A DNA stretch of 64,000 nucleotides from assembly GCA_029717555.1 (NCBI GenBank), contig JAMDHS010000015.1:1-64000 (forward strand), given 5' to 3'. The position numbers and the translations under genes are program-made. Below are positions 11,774 to 24,819 of the stretch, one piece after another. How positions within the stretch are numbered: position 1 is the stretch's first letter; the number at the start of each line of letters is the position of its first letter. The notes below the pieces were generated by a model. That model worked only from the letters and a program-made list of their open reading frames with translations. It was not told the DNA's origin and searched no databases. The DNA comes from Peribolospora baueri (Eukaryota).

Positions 11774-13606
11774 ATGCACGCTTCACGCTTCCTCCCCCTC
11801 CTCCCCCTCCTTCTCTCCTCCCTCTCCCTCCTCCCCGCCTCCGACGCTCACTCCTGCGGCCCCGTCGGCAAGCCCGAGGCCCAGAAGAGGGCAGAGATGC
11901 TCGCCGCCAAGAGGGCCCATGACCTCATGGTCAGGAACCACAACGGCTTTAACAAGCGTCAGGCCGCCTCCCACACCGACGAGGCCTCCGCCGCTCAGAT
12001 CACCGACCCCGTCGCCGAGTGCACCCCCTATGTCTACCAGCCCGTCGCCAACATCAAGGCCCAGTTCCCCGTCATCTGGCAGAGTGCGTTTACGGTTGCC
12101 CTCCATCGTGCCTCGCTTCGTTGCTCATCCGCTCCTTCTTCCTTACAGCCGCCTCCATCATCCCCGGCGACGCGGTGGCCACCAACTTGTTCAACTCCAT
12201 CAACGCCAGCGTCAACCAGAACATGCCCAACATCAAGGTCAAGGGTCTTCCCAACGGCGACTTCACCTCCTTCACTCCCACCTATTCCAACACCGACCCC
12301 GACTGCTGGTGGACGTACCACGTGAGTCCGCCTACGCCTTTCCGCCCTGCCCTTCCTCTCCCTCCTTCCCTGACACACCACCCCTTTTGCTGGTCCCCGT
12401 CCAGAACTGCGTCACGCCCAAGAACCCCGTCGTCCAGCCGGACATCTACACGTGCGAGGAGCCTTCCACCTGGGGTCTCTCCTACGACGACGGTCCCAAC
12501 TGCTCCCACAATGCTTTCTAGTGAGCGCCGCGCTGTCTTTTCTCTCGCTCGCTCGTCTGTCCACGTTGCGCTCAAGTCTTTCCCTCGACGAATTCTGTCC
12601 TCCCCTCCAGTGACTACCTCCGTTCCAACAACCAAAAGGCCACCCTCTTCTACATCGGCAGCAACGTCATGGACTGGCCCTTGGAGGCCCAGCGCGGTCT
12701 CCAAGATGGCCACGAAATTTGCGTTCACACCTGGAGCCACCAGTACATGACCGCCCTCACCAACGAGCAGGTCTTCGCCGAGTTCTACTACACCCAGAAG
12801 GCCATCCACGACGTCATCGGCATCACTCCCCGCTGCTGGAGGCCTCCGTACGGTGACGTCGATGGTGAGTGACGCGCCGACGCGACGCGACGCTACCCTT
12901 ATTCATCCGTAACCCTCGTCACTCACCCCTTGTCTTGTCCTCTCTCGCGCCGTCTCCAGACCGCGTCCGCTTCATCGCTCAGCAGCTCGGCATGACGACC
13001 AACATCTGGCTCGATGACACGCACGACTGGCAGATGGCGCCCGCCGGCCCCCTGCCCACCGCGTCCATCGACGCCAACTACGCCGCGATCTTCGCCTCGG
13101 CCAGCGCTGGCGCGTTCCAGGACACCGGCACCGTCGTTCTCTCTCACGAGCTCACCAACGCCACCATGCAGGAGGCCGTCAAGGAGTACCCGCAGATCAA
13201 GTCTCACTTCCAGCACGTCGTCCCCATGGGCGCTTGCGTCAACAGGACTCACCCTTACCTCGAGGACGTCACCTACCCGGACTTTGCCGCTTACATCGGC
13301 GGCTCGACCATGCCCGCCAACTTGCCCTCTCCCACCGCTCTCGGTAGCGCTGCGCTGACCGTGCCCATCGGCCAGGCCACGGCCACGATCACCAACGCCA
13401 TCGGCCTCCCCAGCACTCCCTCCCCCGTCTCCGTCATGTTCCAGTCCGCCGTCGACACCCCGGTCAGCGGCGCCGGCGGCCAGACCGGCACGGCCGTCGC
13501 CAGCGGCTCGAGCGGCAAGAAGAACGCGGGCGCCGTCTCGTCCAATGCCGGCGTCGTCGCTGCCGTGCTCGGCGCCGGTGCGATTGCCGGTGCTCTGCTC
13601 GTGTGA
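11774..13606 (+). CDS. Secreted, probably GPI-anchored chitin deacetylase (CE4 polysaccharide deacetylase), multi-exon
   Basis: Signal peptide MHASRFLPLLPLLLSSLSLLP; DCWWT; CE4 motifs WGLSYDDGP, HTWSH, WRPPYGDVD, DTHDW, VVLSHE; Ser/Gly-rich stalk and hydrophobic C-terminus (VVAAVLGAGAIAGALLV). Confidence 0.92.
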
Positions 13607-14471
13607 GCGTCCTGTCCTCTTCGTCCTTCTAGCAAGTCAATTCGATCCGTCGGTCCCCATCTCCCATTCCTCCGTCGGTTCCCGGAACGTCTCTGCTCTT
13701 CTTCGTCTCGCTTGTCCGTCGTCGTATGTGCAGCCTATCCCCTTCCCTATCCTTTGCCAGCCAATATCTGGACGGACGTTCGATCACGCCGGGCCGTGTC
13801 ACACATCCCTCATCCTCATATCTCCACCCGCCATCCCCACCCGTACTCATCTCGCCGCCGTCGCCGTTCGCTGAGCGGCGGGCGCCCTCCTCCCTCCTCC
13901 CTCCCGGTCTCTTCTCGCTTTCCACTTCCCCCTCCCCTTCGTCGAGTCGAGCCTCCGTCCCTTCTCTCGATCCGCCCGACTATTTTTTCTTTCTTTTTCT
14001 CATGTCGGCTTTTTCGTCCGCTTTTTCCTTTGGAAATTTCAACAATCGTCCTTTTCCTGTCCCGTCTTCTCCGTGATGGAGGACGCTGGATGGCGGTGTT
14101 AAGTATTGAGAGAGATGAGTGAAAGACGGGGGGACTTTCGCTCCCTTTCCTTTCCTTCCACCCCGCTTGTCGCTTCTTTTCGTACTTGTCACTACCGCCA
14201 TCATCCATCTATCGCAAGCAGAGCAGGGGAGGGCAGGACAGGGCAGAGCGGAGCAGAACACACCACACGTCGCCCGCTGGTGTACACTCGCCGAAAAGCC
14301 ACGCGACTCGATCGGTCGGACGGACAGACGGAAGTGAGCGAGCGAACGAGGAGTGCGAAGACGGGACGACAACATCGACGAACAAAGTGCTCGTCCTGCT
14401 TTCCTTACCTCGGACGTCAGGCCGATCGATACGATACGCAGACGACGACAACGACGACGACGACCTCGATC

Positions 14472-15809
14472 ATGAGCGATGACGCAATGGACGCCCCGTC
14501 CTCGTCGACGTCGGCGCATCCACCGCTCGTCGCGTTCGATCTGGAGTGAGTACGTACGTGCGTGACGGGCGAGCGAGGACGATGGCCGTGCTTCCTTCAG
14601 ATCCCTCCCTCATCCACGTTCGCCTCCTTCCCTCCTTCTCGCTTCCCCCGTCTGCTGCCCAGCTACACGCTCTGGCCGGTGCGTCGGCCCGATACACGCA
14701 GGTTCAGGCTGGACCGGAGCACGAGAAACGAGGCTCACCCTTCTTCCTCCCTTCCCCCCTCTCCCTTCGCCGACGCAGTTATGGGTCGATACGCACGTCT
14801 CGCCGCCGCTCAAGAGAAAAGGGGACGAGATGAACGCGGTGCACGATAGGTCCGTCCTGTCCATGTCCTCTCTCCTCGTCGCCGCCGCCCCGAGCTCTTC
14901 TCCTCACTCCTTCCTTCCCGCTCTCTGTCCGGCGAACGATGACGAACTCCACAGATACGGACAGCTTCTCCGCTTCTACCCCGACGTGCCCGACATCCTC
15001 TTCTCTCTTTCTCGCTCCCAGACTCACATCGCCGCCTGCTCGCGCACCCACGCTCCGGACGTGTGAGTGGGCCGCCTGACGCTCCGTCGAGCGCGCTCGT
15101 TGACCACCTGCCGTCGTCTTTTCAGAGCCATGCAGGCTCTGACAGGTCTCCACCTCCAGCCGCCCTCATCCTCCTCGTCCTCGTCCTCGTCCGGAAAGGA
15201 ACACGACGACAGCCCCATCAAAGCCCTCTCTCTCTTCGACACCCTAGAGATCTACCCCGGCTCCAAGTTGAAACACTTTAAGCGGCTTCATGAGAAGACT
15301 GGCATTGCTTATGACGACATGGTGCGTTTCCTTCTCCTCCTTCTCTCTGGCGCTTGGTTGGGCCCGGACAAGCGTGAGACATGTCGTCGTCGTCGTCGTC
15401 GGTGGACGTGGAAGACGCTTATAGCTTTCGATTGCCGCCCGTCCGCCCTCATCTCGATCTGCTCTCGCGTCCCATCGGGTCCATAGCTCTTCTTTGACGA
15501 TGAGAGCAGAAAGTGAGTTCCGTCCGTCGTCTGTCTGTCTCTGCCACCGTCGAGGAGAAGGAAGAAGGGACGACGGAGAGCTGAAGCTCATCGACTCGCC
15601 TCCTCCCTTCGTACGCACGCATCCAACCCTCTCCGACCCAATCCAGCGCCGAGGTCACCTCGCTAGGCGTCCACTTCGTCCTCGTCGGCGCTGCAGGCGT
15701 CGACAACCACACGTTCGAAAGCGCCCTGCTCGACTGGCGGACTGCCAAGGCTAGGGGCGAGACGGTGGGCAGTCCGGCGTGGAGGAAGGAGCGCGGGAGG
15801 CGTCGGTGA
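14472..15809 (+). CDS. MDP1: Magnesium-dependent phosphatase 1 (HAD superfamily), multi-exon
   Basis: Spliced: LVAFDLD|YTLWP|LWVDTHVSPPL..., FYPDVPDIL, ACSRT, EIYPGSKLKHF, M|LFFDDESRN, LGVHFVLV. These are HAD motifs I-IV of the MDP-1 family. Confidence 0.9.
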
Positions 15810-16157
15810 TGGGGTGCGTGGGGTGGTCGGCTCTCGCTCGCCGAGTTTCTTACCTACTTACCTAACGACGAACGAACGAACGAACGAACGAACGTGCGCG
15901 CTGGTCATCGTGATCGTGATCATGATCGGAAGCCGATACCGTCGCCGTACGCGGAGCCCGCTGGGATCCGGCGTCGGCGTTTCCACCGCCACCGTCGAGC
16001 ACGATCCTGCGCCGAGCCAGCCCTGTACGATCGAGGGCACGTATATGAGTAAGTATGTGCGTATGTATGTACACATGCGTTCCCCACCCACCACCCGCAC
16101 CGTATGAGCGGAGTGCTCTTGCATCGCCGCGAAAACCCATGGCCATGTCAAGGACGT

Positions 16158-17832
16158 CTAGTCTAGAAAGGCTTGTCGGAAAGAACGAGTGCCGTCCTCG
16201 CGTTCTCTCTCACATCCCGTCCTCCCTCGACGGAAAGAAGTCTTCCACAAGCCCTCCATGTCATCGCAGATCTTGAGACACTCCCACAGGTGATTCAGCG
16301 CGCGCACCTCGACCTCGCTCAAGGGCGTGGAGCGAGCCCCGACGCCGACACCGCCGCCGCCGCCGTCCGAGCCGGCCTCTTCGAGCCGGCCATCGTCAGG
16401 ACGAATGAGGAGGACTCGGCGGACCCATTCCCTTTCCCGCCTATCTCTGTCGCGCAACACCGACGACCCGCCGTTCCCTTCGCCCCTCTTCGTCGTCCTC
16501 CTCGTCGTCGCACGACCCGCCAACGGTCCCTCACTGCGATGGGTCAGTCGCAGGACGCCGTCCGCGCGTGAGTGGTGGATGTGGCACTCGGAGAACGACT
16601 CGAAAGGCTCGGCGAAAGTGAGGGTGATATCCGGACGAGGTTCGTTGGACATGATGACGCATTTCGCGAGCGGGGTGTAGAACACGAGCTGATGGCGGAA
16701 GGACGTGAAGCGGATGAACAAAATCGGAGTAAGGCGCCCGCGCAGCTCACAAGTGAAGGACGGGCCACAACGAAATCTCACCTTTGCCGTCCGACTTCTG
16801 ACGACTCGGATGAACCGCTCCGCATACCGATACGTCCTCCTCACCGCCGCTGGCAAGGACTCTCCGCTGTCGGCACGATATTCGGCCGAGGGTCTTGAGA
16901 GAAAGTCCGGTTTAGCGGGCACAACTGCGTGAAATACAGAGATCTGGAAGCATGAAGCGCGGCATCGGTCCACAGACGACGCAAAGACGTTCAGCAAAGG
17001 GCCAGGACCAATCTTGAGCCTTGACAGCCGACTGATCTCAGATGGCCTCAGCTCCACACACCTTTACGCCGTCAGCACTGATCTGAACCACCTCCTTGCC
17101 CGACCCTCCGATCTGTCGTTCCTTCAACCGCATGTCCACAACAACCTCCCCAGCCGGCGTAATCTCAACGTATCCGTGCCGAGTCTTCCTTCTGAGCGGC
17201 GAGAGTCCCGCAGTCGACAACGGGGAAGGAGGCAGAGAGTGTTTGCTACTGCTCGACGAGGGGCAGTGTCGAGACGCTGAAGCGTCGAAAGTGACGCGTG
17301 GACGTCGACTGACCATGTGTTGAACAGGGGACGAATGTGGGCCTATCGGTCGCAGCGCACTCTTGCATGGGGGGTCGCCGATCCTTCGCTGACGAGCCGG
17401 AGATCCTAGCTTTGATCTCTCTTCCTCCTCCAAGTCGGAAAACACGTCCTGACGTCTGTCATCCGCTTCAAGTACCTCTTCTTTCTCTTCTTCTTCTTCT
17501 GCGTCCTCCTCCTCCTCCTCCTCATTCCCCTCTCCTCCCTTGCGTTTCCCCTTGCGGTCTAGAAAGTTGTTCAGCGCCTCTCTGAGTGTCAAAGGTGTCG
17601 ACCTGGGACTTGACACGGGAAGAAGGCGATCCATGTCGATACGATGTCTCGCTTTCGGGCGATCGACGATAGGCGTCGTGAAGCGCGTGGCGACCATGTT
17701 TCCCTTCGTATCCTTCTCCAGTGCCCTCGTTCGTTGTGCATCATCCGAGCCCGTCTTTGCGCTTCCCGACCTGTTCCCGCCGGTCCCGCGAGGAAGAGGC
17801 GGCACCACACGACGAGCAGGGAGTTGGCTCAT
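16158..17832 (-). CDS. Protein with a Plk4-type cryptic polo box (PB1-PB2) and no kinase domain; 3 exons (17832-17062, 16943-16782, 16688-16158)
   Basis: PLSTAGLSPLRRKTRHGYVEITPAGEVVVDM...KEVVQISADGVK|ISVF...LPAAVRRTYRYAERFIRVVRSRTAK|LVFYTPLAKCVIMSNEPRPD resembles the Plk4 cryptic polo box as I recall it (LKPIRQKTK.AVVSIL..EV.VE...KEVLQISSDG...[40 protein letters not shown]). Introns are GT-AG. Confidence 0.75.
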
Positions 17833-18062
17833 CGAACCCGTCCTCTCCGTCAGACGAATATGCCTCCCATAGTGTCGTAAGCTTCAAGGAGAAAACGCAA
17901 TAAACCGGCCTTGAGGTGGTCGGGGCGAAAAAAAAAATGGTAACAAAGACAAGGGGGTGTGTGGACAGGTGAAGCCATTTCAGAGCGCACCCCTCCCGAC
18001 AAGTGGGCGTCAAGTGGGTGTTGCCGCAGCCGATCGGGCTCATATTGGTCGTGCACGTGACG

Positions 18063-18095
18063 GCGCGTCCCGACGCGTCGGCGTGAGCGCGGGCC
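18063..18095. promoter_or_regulatory. MCB-like elements (ACGCGT at 18073-18078 plus CGCG cores) in a 360-bp divergent promoter
   Basis: ggcgcgtcccgACGCGTcggcgtgagcgcgg between two divergent cell-division genes; function inferred. Confidence 0.4.
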
Positions 18096-18192
18096 ATTCG
18101 TTCGCTTCGCCACTCGTTGGTGATCGCAACGCTTCACCTCGGCCCAACCTCTTTCCTTCCCTCCCTTTCGAATTTTCTTGCAAGCCGTTTTC

Positions 18193-18956
18193 ATGGAGAT
18201 CATGTCCTCTCCGAGAAGACGAGGACAAGTAGGACACGGAAAGATCAGCCAGGTGGAGAAGCGGAGCATATTGGAGAACTATGACCTGGAGAGTGAGTGA
18301 ACGAGGGCTTGCGAGACGTGGGGATCTGGGCGATGCAGGGGAGATGAATAGCTTCTGATCCTTTGCCTACTCTCTTTGGTAATTTTTTTTTTCAAATTTC
18401 CTTGTGCCTACGTAGCCAAGATCCGGGTCAACCAGCTAAAGAACGCCATCCGCCTCCGCTTGGACTGGGCGCACACAAAGATGATGGGCAAGATTGACCG
18501 GATCCCGCGCGCGGCGAGGCAGCTGACGGTGGAAGAGTTTATTCAAGAGTACCATGCGAGCGTGGAGGAGTTTTTGAGGAGCTCTGGGAAGAGCGATGGG
18601 CTGGGCGAAGAGGATCGAAAGGGCGAAGAAGCGCCTCGCTCCACCAAACGCGGTCCGTTCTCTATCCCTCTCACTCGTTCCGTCCCGTTTTACGAGGCTG
18701 ACTAGCTCCTCGTCCTTTCGCGTCTGTTTGCTCAGCTCGAAGACATGCAGATGAGGAAGACTTGCGCAAGGGGAAGCGAAAAAAGCCGACGGCTGCCAAG
18801 GCAGCAGCGTCTTCGAACGCTACGGCACTCGCGTGGGAGGAGGAGCGGACAGAGGATCTGCAGAACGCAGACATGGTGGAGGCGGCGATCAGGACGAAGG
18901 AGGAGAGCATACGTATCCTCGAGGCGCAAATATCGAAATTGAGGGGCCGGTTGTGA
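18193..18956 (+). CDS. Borealin/Nbl1 N-terminal-domain protein (chromosomal passenger complex subunit), 3 exons
   Basis: EKRSILENYDLE|TKIRVNQLK...KIDRIPRAARQLTVEEFIQEY fits the Nbl1/Borealin_N helix pattern; basic NLS-like KGKRKK and a C-terminal coiled coil. Confidence 0.72.
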
Positions 18957-19386
18957 AACCGTCCCCATCCATGGCGACCCAAGTCCGGGTCGCCGGTAGC
19001 GCAGGCTACGTACGGGGCACCGCGAATGACCATCTTCCCACACGCCACAAACACGAGCGTCGTCAATGAGAGATATGGACAAGGAGACATGCGCCGTTTC
19101 GCATGCTCCGCCGTGTTGCATTTCTCCCATGCATGGCGGGTCGGTGGAGCGCTAGTCCCCGAACCGACCGACCGCAGAAGACAGCCCGAACCCGTTACGA
19201 GACGCAAGACAAGACAGAGTAGAAGAGGATGGTAAGGACGAGCAGGAGGGGTATCTCCGAGAACGGTGGAGCGCAAAGTACAGTATCAGAGGGCGCCTGG
19301 CGCGTGGACAGATCGAGAAAGAAAGAAGGCCCAAAGACGGAGTCGCAGAGGCCGGACGGGTCCCGTCCGTGGAGGATAGATAGGGA

Positions 19387-20667
19387 TTACTCCCAGTTGG
19401 GCTTGTAGTACTGTTCGGACCCGAAGCGGTCGTCGGCGAAGACCGTCTGTCAACTCATCTGCAGGTCGGGTGAACGGGCAATCGTCGCGGACGGACACGT
19501 TCTGCTCACCGAGACGCTCCGGACGGTCCAGTAGGCATCGGAGAAGGCCGAAGGGTTGTTCTCGACGTAGCTCGTGCAGTCAGTCTGAAGAAGTTACGAT
19601 GTTCAAGCATTCGGGAATGGGGACTCAGTCAAGCATCAGCTTCTCGCTGCTTGTATCGTTCATATAATGACCATGAACAAAATGGAAAAAAGTCACTCAC
19701 AGTGCCAGCAGCTTGTGCGCACGCGGAGGAAGCAAAGACGGCACCGGCCCAGTCACCTGTCCGATCGTGAACAAATCAGCATGCCCAGTCCAGCGTTAGC
19801 GTTAGTGTCAGCGTCGTCGCGCCAGATCGTATATCCTCTCGTCTGTTTCTCACCGCAGAAGTCGAGGTCAAAGACAATCTGATGTTGACCAAAGTAAGTG
19901 CCGGTCGGGCAGCTGTTGGGCGGGAAAGCGGCGCCGGGAGTGCCCCAGTTGGAGACGGTGACGGAGCCCTGGGCGTAGACGACGTCGGCAGGAGCGCTGG
20001 CGTCGTTGTGGGGCCAGAACCAGACGTAGATCCCTCCACTGCTGTCTCGCTGCATCGCGAACCATCCGCCGCCAGCGTTGTTCAAGGCGGCGCCGTACGA
20101 TTGGGGTTTGTCGTACTCAGTCACACCGCAGCCCTGGTTGCCCTGACAGTCGTTGTTGCCGGGTGTGCCAGTCTCGGACCGTGAAGCCGGCATGGTGCAG
20201 CCGGCGCTGGTGTGCAGCGTCACTTGGTTGTACTGGTTGTCGTTCACACCCTCGTAGATGTCAATCTCGCCATTGTTGGGCCAGTTGGAGCCCACAGTCC
20301 ACCAGGCGGGCCAGGTGCCGCAGCCCGTAGGAGCGTGGGCGACGTCGAGGATGAAAACGCCATCACCGAAGTAGGCATTGGTGTTGATTCGGATGCTCTG
20401 GCGAGGCTGGCCGTATGTGGTGTTGTCGGCGCGCATGACGAACCAGCCATTGCCATCGACATAGGCCAGACCCTCGGACTGGGCTGTGCTTTGGCTGACG
20501 TAGGTGACAGTGCCGTGCGTAGGGTCGGCCCCGGTGTCGAACGTCCAGTCGCCGTTAAGGAAGTCTTGGCCAACCCAGTGGTTCTGCATGTTGTACTGAG
20601 CCTGAGTGGCGGAAATAACGGAGCCTAGAAAGGCAGAGAGGGTGAGGACGAGGTTGAAGCGAGTCAT
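19387..20667 (-). CDS. Secreted GH16 endo-1,3(4)-beta-glucanase (fungal Lam16A type), 4 exons
   Basis: Signal peptide; DPTHGTVTYV; PTGCGTWPAWW; catalytic WPNNGEIDIYEGVN; DFC|GDWAG; final exons DCTSYVENNPSAFSDAYWTVRSVS|YYKPNWE*. Confidence 0.93.
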
Positions 20668-23600
20668 GGCGGCGTTGGGCGTTATCCTTTGCGTGTCTGT
20701 CTGTTGGTGTCGTGGGGGTCAGTGCTGGAGAGCCGGGAAGGGCTTGGCTCTCTATGAAGACGGGAAAGAACGTGCTTCGATGACGTCGACGTGTGCGGAA
20801 GTGACGGTGAGCGTCGGGGAGGGGGAGGGAGCGTGACAAAGGAGAAGGGCAGGGATAGGATACGGCGAGGATGATTTGGCACGAAACTGGAGGGGGGGAC
20901 GAGGGAAGGGGGGGGTTGGAGATGTATGAGCACAACCAGCCGAACAAGGGAAGCTTTATATCCTGTCGGCAGACCGTCGTGCCCTTGGCGAGGTCCCGGC
21001 GCTGGCTAGCGGAGGGTGTGGGCCGTGCGGCACTCGAGACGACCAACAACAGCGCAGAGGGGCCAAGGAGGTGAGAAGACGATGAAGCGGGGCCCATCTC
21101 GGCAGGATCACGAGACGAGAGTGTAGCGAGCGGGGAGACGTGAGATGGGAGCAGACAAAGACGATTGGGTGCAGGTGAATGCGAAGCTGCAAGCAGAGTG
21201 AGCCGGCGGGGATAGAGTTCCAGAGCGACGAAGATCTTGGGCGGCGATCGCTTCGTCGTCCACGGGCGCATGACGGGGACGAGTCAGGCGTCGATCTCCC
21301 GGGCCCGCGGGTGCATAGAAGCCGTATGTACGGCTCTCGTCCATACGCACTGCCCTCGATTGACTTTGCTTGCGTACGTACTTCCGTAGGCAGGCACGGG
21401 AAGACGAGCGTAATCCGGCCGAGCGTCTGCGCGGTACGAAGGAAACACACGTCTCGACCTCGGCCCTTAGCGTTAGCGAGGAAGAGGGAAGCTCCGATCC
21501 TGGCGTGGCCTGCATTTGCGTTTGCGCGTTTCCTAGCCGGAGCGTCCTACATTAGCCGCTGGACGCAGACGAGGGTGGTATGGATGGGAGAAGAATGGAG
21601 GTATGAGATTGCAGTCGGGTGACTTGTGCGTCCGTGCGACCCCGATCACAGCGACGTCACGTGCGGGGGTGGTGCCGTTCCGGAGATCGCTGCGACGGAC
21701 AATGGGAGCGTTGCGTGTGGCCCGGCGGGAATATCATATCGTCGTGGCCACAGCAACTAACTGCTGCAGAGGTGCAGCACCGTCGTCGCAACATGCGTTG
21801 TCGTCCACTCCGAGCCTACGTGGGTCACAGTGGCCTCAGCTATGAATGAGACGCGGCGCAGGCGGCAACGACACAAGGGGAGAGTGGCCCTTGGCCGAGG
21901 AGCATGATCGGTCGATGAGCAGCACGTTCGTGCGTCCACGGCATAGCTCATCGTTTGGTGTCCCTCGCTCTCATTCAGTCCTGCTGGTGTCCGACGCGAA
22001 TGGAGAGGCTGAGCCGGCTGAGTCTGCCGGTCTGTGGGGATGGTGGCTTCGAGCCAGAACGGCCATACGTTGCACTCCGGTTCGTCGTTCGCCCGCAGGA
22101 AGAGTCAGGTGAGCGGGATCGGTGTGGGAAAGGCTCGGTGATGGTGCTGGAAGAGCGCGAGAGTTGCCCGGGAAGGCAATCCGGAAGCCATATCGACGAA
22201 CGAGCAATGCAGGTCGCGGTGCGGTGTCCGAGCGGCTTTGCATGCCGGACGCAGATCGTCTGGGCAGATCGTCCACCCGGACGATCCAGCCTCGCATACC
22301 GGCGGCTCCCTTCTATTGGCGCGCGGTCCGTGCCACCCGAACACTCACATTCAGTCGACTAGTCCACTCCCCACGACGGTGTTCTCCCTCGGCAGATCTT
22401 TGAGCCCGGTAACGTAACGTGTCTTGCTCCTCGCAACAGCGTGCGTTGGTTCGGAAACCGATTCCACACGGCCTTGTCCGGTTAGATAGGCCCCGTCGGC
22501 CAAACGGGCGCCGGCAGGTGGAGTGTGGAGTTGCCGTGCATCCAGACCTCCGCGGAGGCTTAGCTTCTTTCTTGTCTACAGAACAACAGTTATCTAACTA
22601 CCCCTACCAGCGGTCTGTGTGCAGGGCATGGAGCCGAAATCTCGCACAGACCCGCCCCCCCTTCCCCTCCAACCGGGACCACTGCTCGGGATGCCGATCT
22701 TCTGTTAAGCCGCATCACGGCCGCGCACGGGGACGGAGGGTTATCCTTCAAGGACGCAAAGCCCTGCACCGATTCGGAGCTGACGTTGACCCAGATATCG
22801 TCGATCGAGAATGACGAGAGCAAACCAAGAGGCCGCGGTCCGTGGCGAAGGGGATGCGCACGACGACGTGCAGCACAGGGCGGAAGGGGAACCATCAGAC
22901 ACGCAGTGAGGCGTCAGCTGCCGGTCGTCCTCATCGCCAAGCGGGACGGTGCTGTGACCCCACAGTCCGCCGCTGTGCCCGTCGCGGCATGTACAGGGGA
23001 GGTGCGGCGCATCCGCTTATCAATTCCTTCTTCCTCCGCCACGACGCACGCGGGGACCGGCCTCGTCGCTAGCTTTCACATCACGTCCATTCGTCCTAGT
23101 GTCCAACATGCGAATGAATCTCCTCGGTGCGCGCACGTATACCTCTTAACCGGTTGGACACGGTCGCGCCTCGACTTGACAAGGCCGGTGGGGTAGAAAA
23201 GGAGGTCAGCTGCAGGTCCGCTGAAACCCTCCCAGGGCCGCGTTCCGCGGTCTCTCGACCTCTATCGGGCTGGCTAGCCGACCTGCTCGGCTGGATAGCG
23301 GGCCGACTGGCTGACTGAAACTGGGAATCGAAGAGCATCTCCCTCGCCCTCTCCCAAACCAGCCTTTCCTTTTCGTTCTCCGCATGCTCGCTCTGTCGAT
23401 CGGGTCGATGACGATCGTCCAGGCGAGGGCCTCGGGCGAGCGATGCCAACGAGGACACCAAAATCGAACCACTACTCCGCGGAGATCGTCGCCCGCTCAC
23501 GACCCACTGCCTCGTCTTCCCGACGAAACCATCCGCTGGCGAGCTTACTGGCCACTTGACGGCTTCGTCCCGTGCTGTGTCGTCCGGGGATCGGTGATCG

Positions 23601-24819
23601 AGATGGACTAAACGTGTGCCCGGGCATCGCGTTCGTTATAGCCAGTCATGAGACGAACACCACACCGCGTGATCTCACCGACCAATCCCAGTGCAATGTC
23701 TTCTGATTCCCTTCGGGGGGCGTTCCAACCCTTCACCTCGCTCAAGACAGCATAGGGGACGAGGCTAAGCTGAACTACCAAGCAGGCAGAAGCGGGCGCC
23801 TAAGCCAGGTCGACAATGCAAACAAAAATGAGAAGGAGTGAGAGAGCATTGTCCTTTGTCAGCGAGCTGCGTTCGCCTGGCTGTGTCCTACTCCGTCTGG
23901 ATCATCTCCGGTCATACTCGATCAACGTCGACAAGGGCAAGGTCCGACGTGTCCGACGTCGTTTGTCGAACGATGGGTTGGAGCAGTCGTGGATGGGGTT
24001 GAGGAAGAACAGCTACCAGCCGTCGTCACTCAGAACGAGTCATTAGAATGCAGAAAACGCCGGTGGGAAGCGCGATGCCGCTCCCAGCCAAGAGCTCCAA
24101 CCAGGGAACAAATGCCTATTGTCAGTGGCAGAAAAAGGCGGTCGATAGCGGAAAGCAATTCGTTAGTCGATTATTTGCGCGGCGAGAGGGCCTCAAGCCC
24201 GTCTGCTCGGCCACGGCTGCATCTCGACACGCCGCCTCGCTTACGCTGGCTTCTGCTTGGCTTGTCGTATGTAGCAGCCTGGCGGAGTTGGTCAGGCGAA
24301 GACAGCGGTGCGGCCTCCCTGCCCTTCTCTTCGCCTCCAGCCAGCGCAGCGCGCTGGACTTGCATTTTCTGTTCGGCGTACGGCAACTGGGGAGCCTCCC
24401 CCCACCTTTCTTCCTTCATCCTGGCCAGCACGAGTGGCGGTACTTTGTGCGTTTGGCCGAAATCAGCTGCTCCGTTACCCCCGCAGTCTACCGGCTCGGT
24501 CGCCGCAGCACGTGACGACACGAACATAGCCCCGTCCGATCACTTCTCTACGTCGACTCAGACTCAGCTGAACCCGCGCCAGACGTCAGCTCATCGCCAT
24601 CCCGACCGCCACGCCTCGCTTCCTTTCTCCACTACTCCTTTCACCGCCTTCGCACTCCCTCTTACCGCGTCACCTCCTTCTCTGTCCTCATCATATATAG
24701 ACAAACATACTAGCCACCGCGTCCATCGCGCTCACCTCGTCCTTCGCACCGCAGCCCATCACCAGCCTTCCGCAACGCTTCCCCAACGCTCTCCTCATCC
24801 CAATAAAAGAGTCGTGAAG

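Noticed and set aside
11774..20667. Cell-wall gene cluster (chitin deacetylase plus GH16)
   Set aside because: The two genes are separated by unrelated genes and there is no evidence of co-regulation.
21300..23900. Possible gene or transposon remnant in the long gap between GH16 and the membrane-protein gene
   Set aside because: No transposase, reverse transcriptase or other recognisable motif in the translated ORFs; cannot be supported without a search.
23989..24819. N-terminal extension of the 345-aa ORF
   Set aside because: Non-ATG start; looks like promoter/5' UTR (TATA-like tatata near 24693) before the ATG at 24820.
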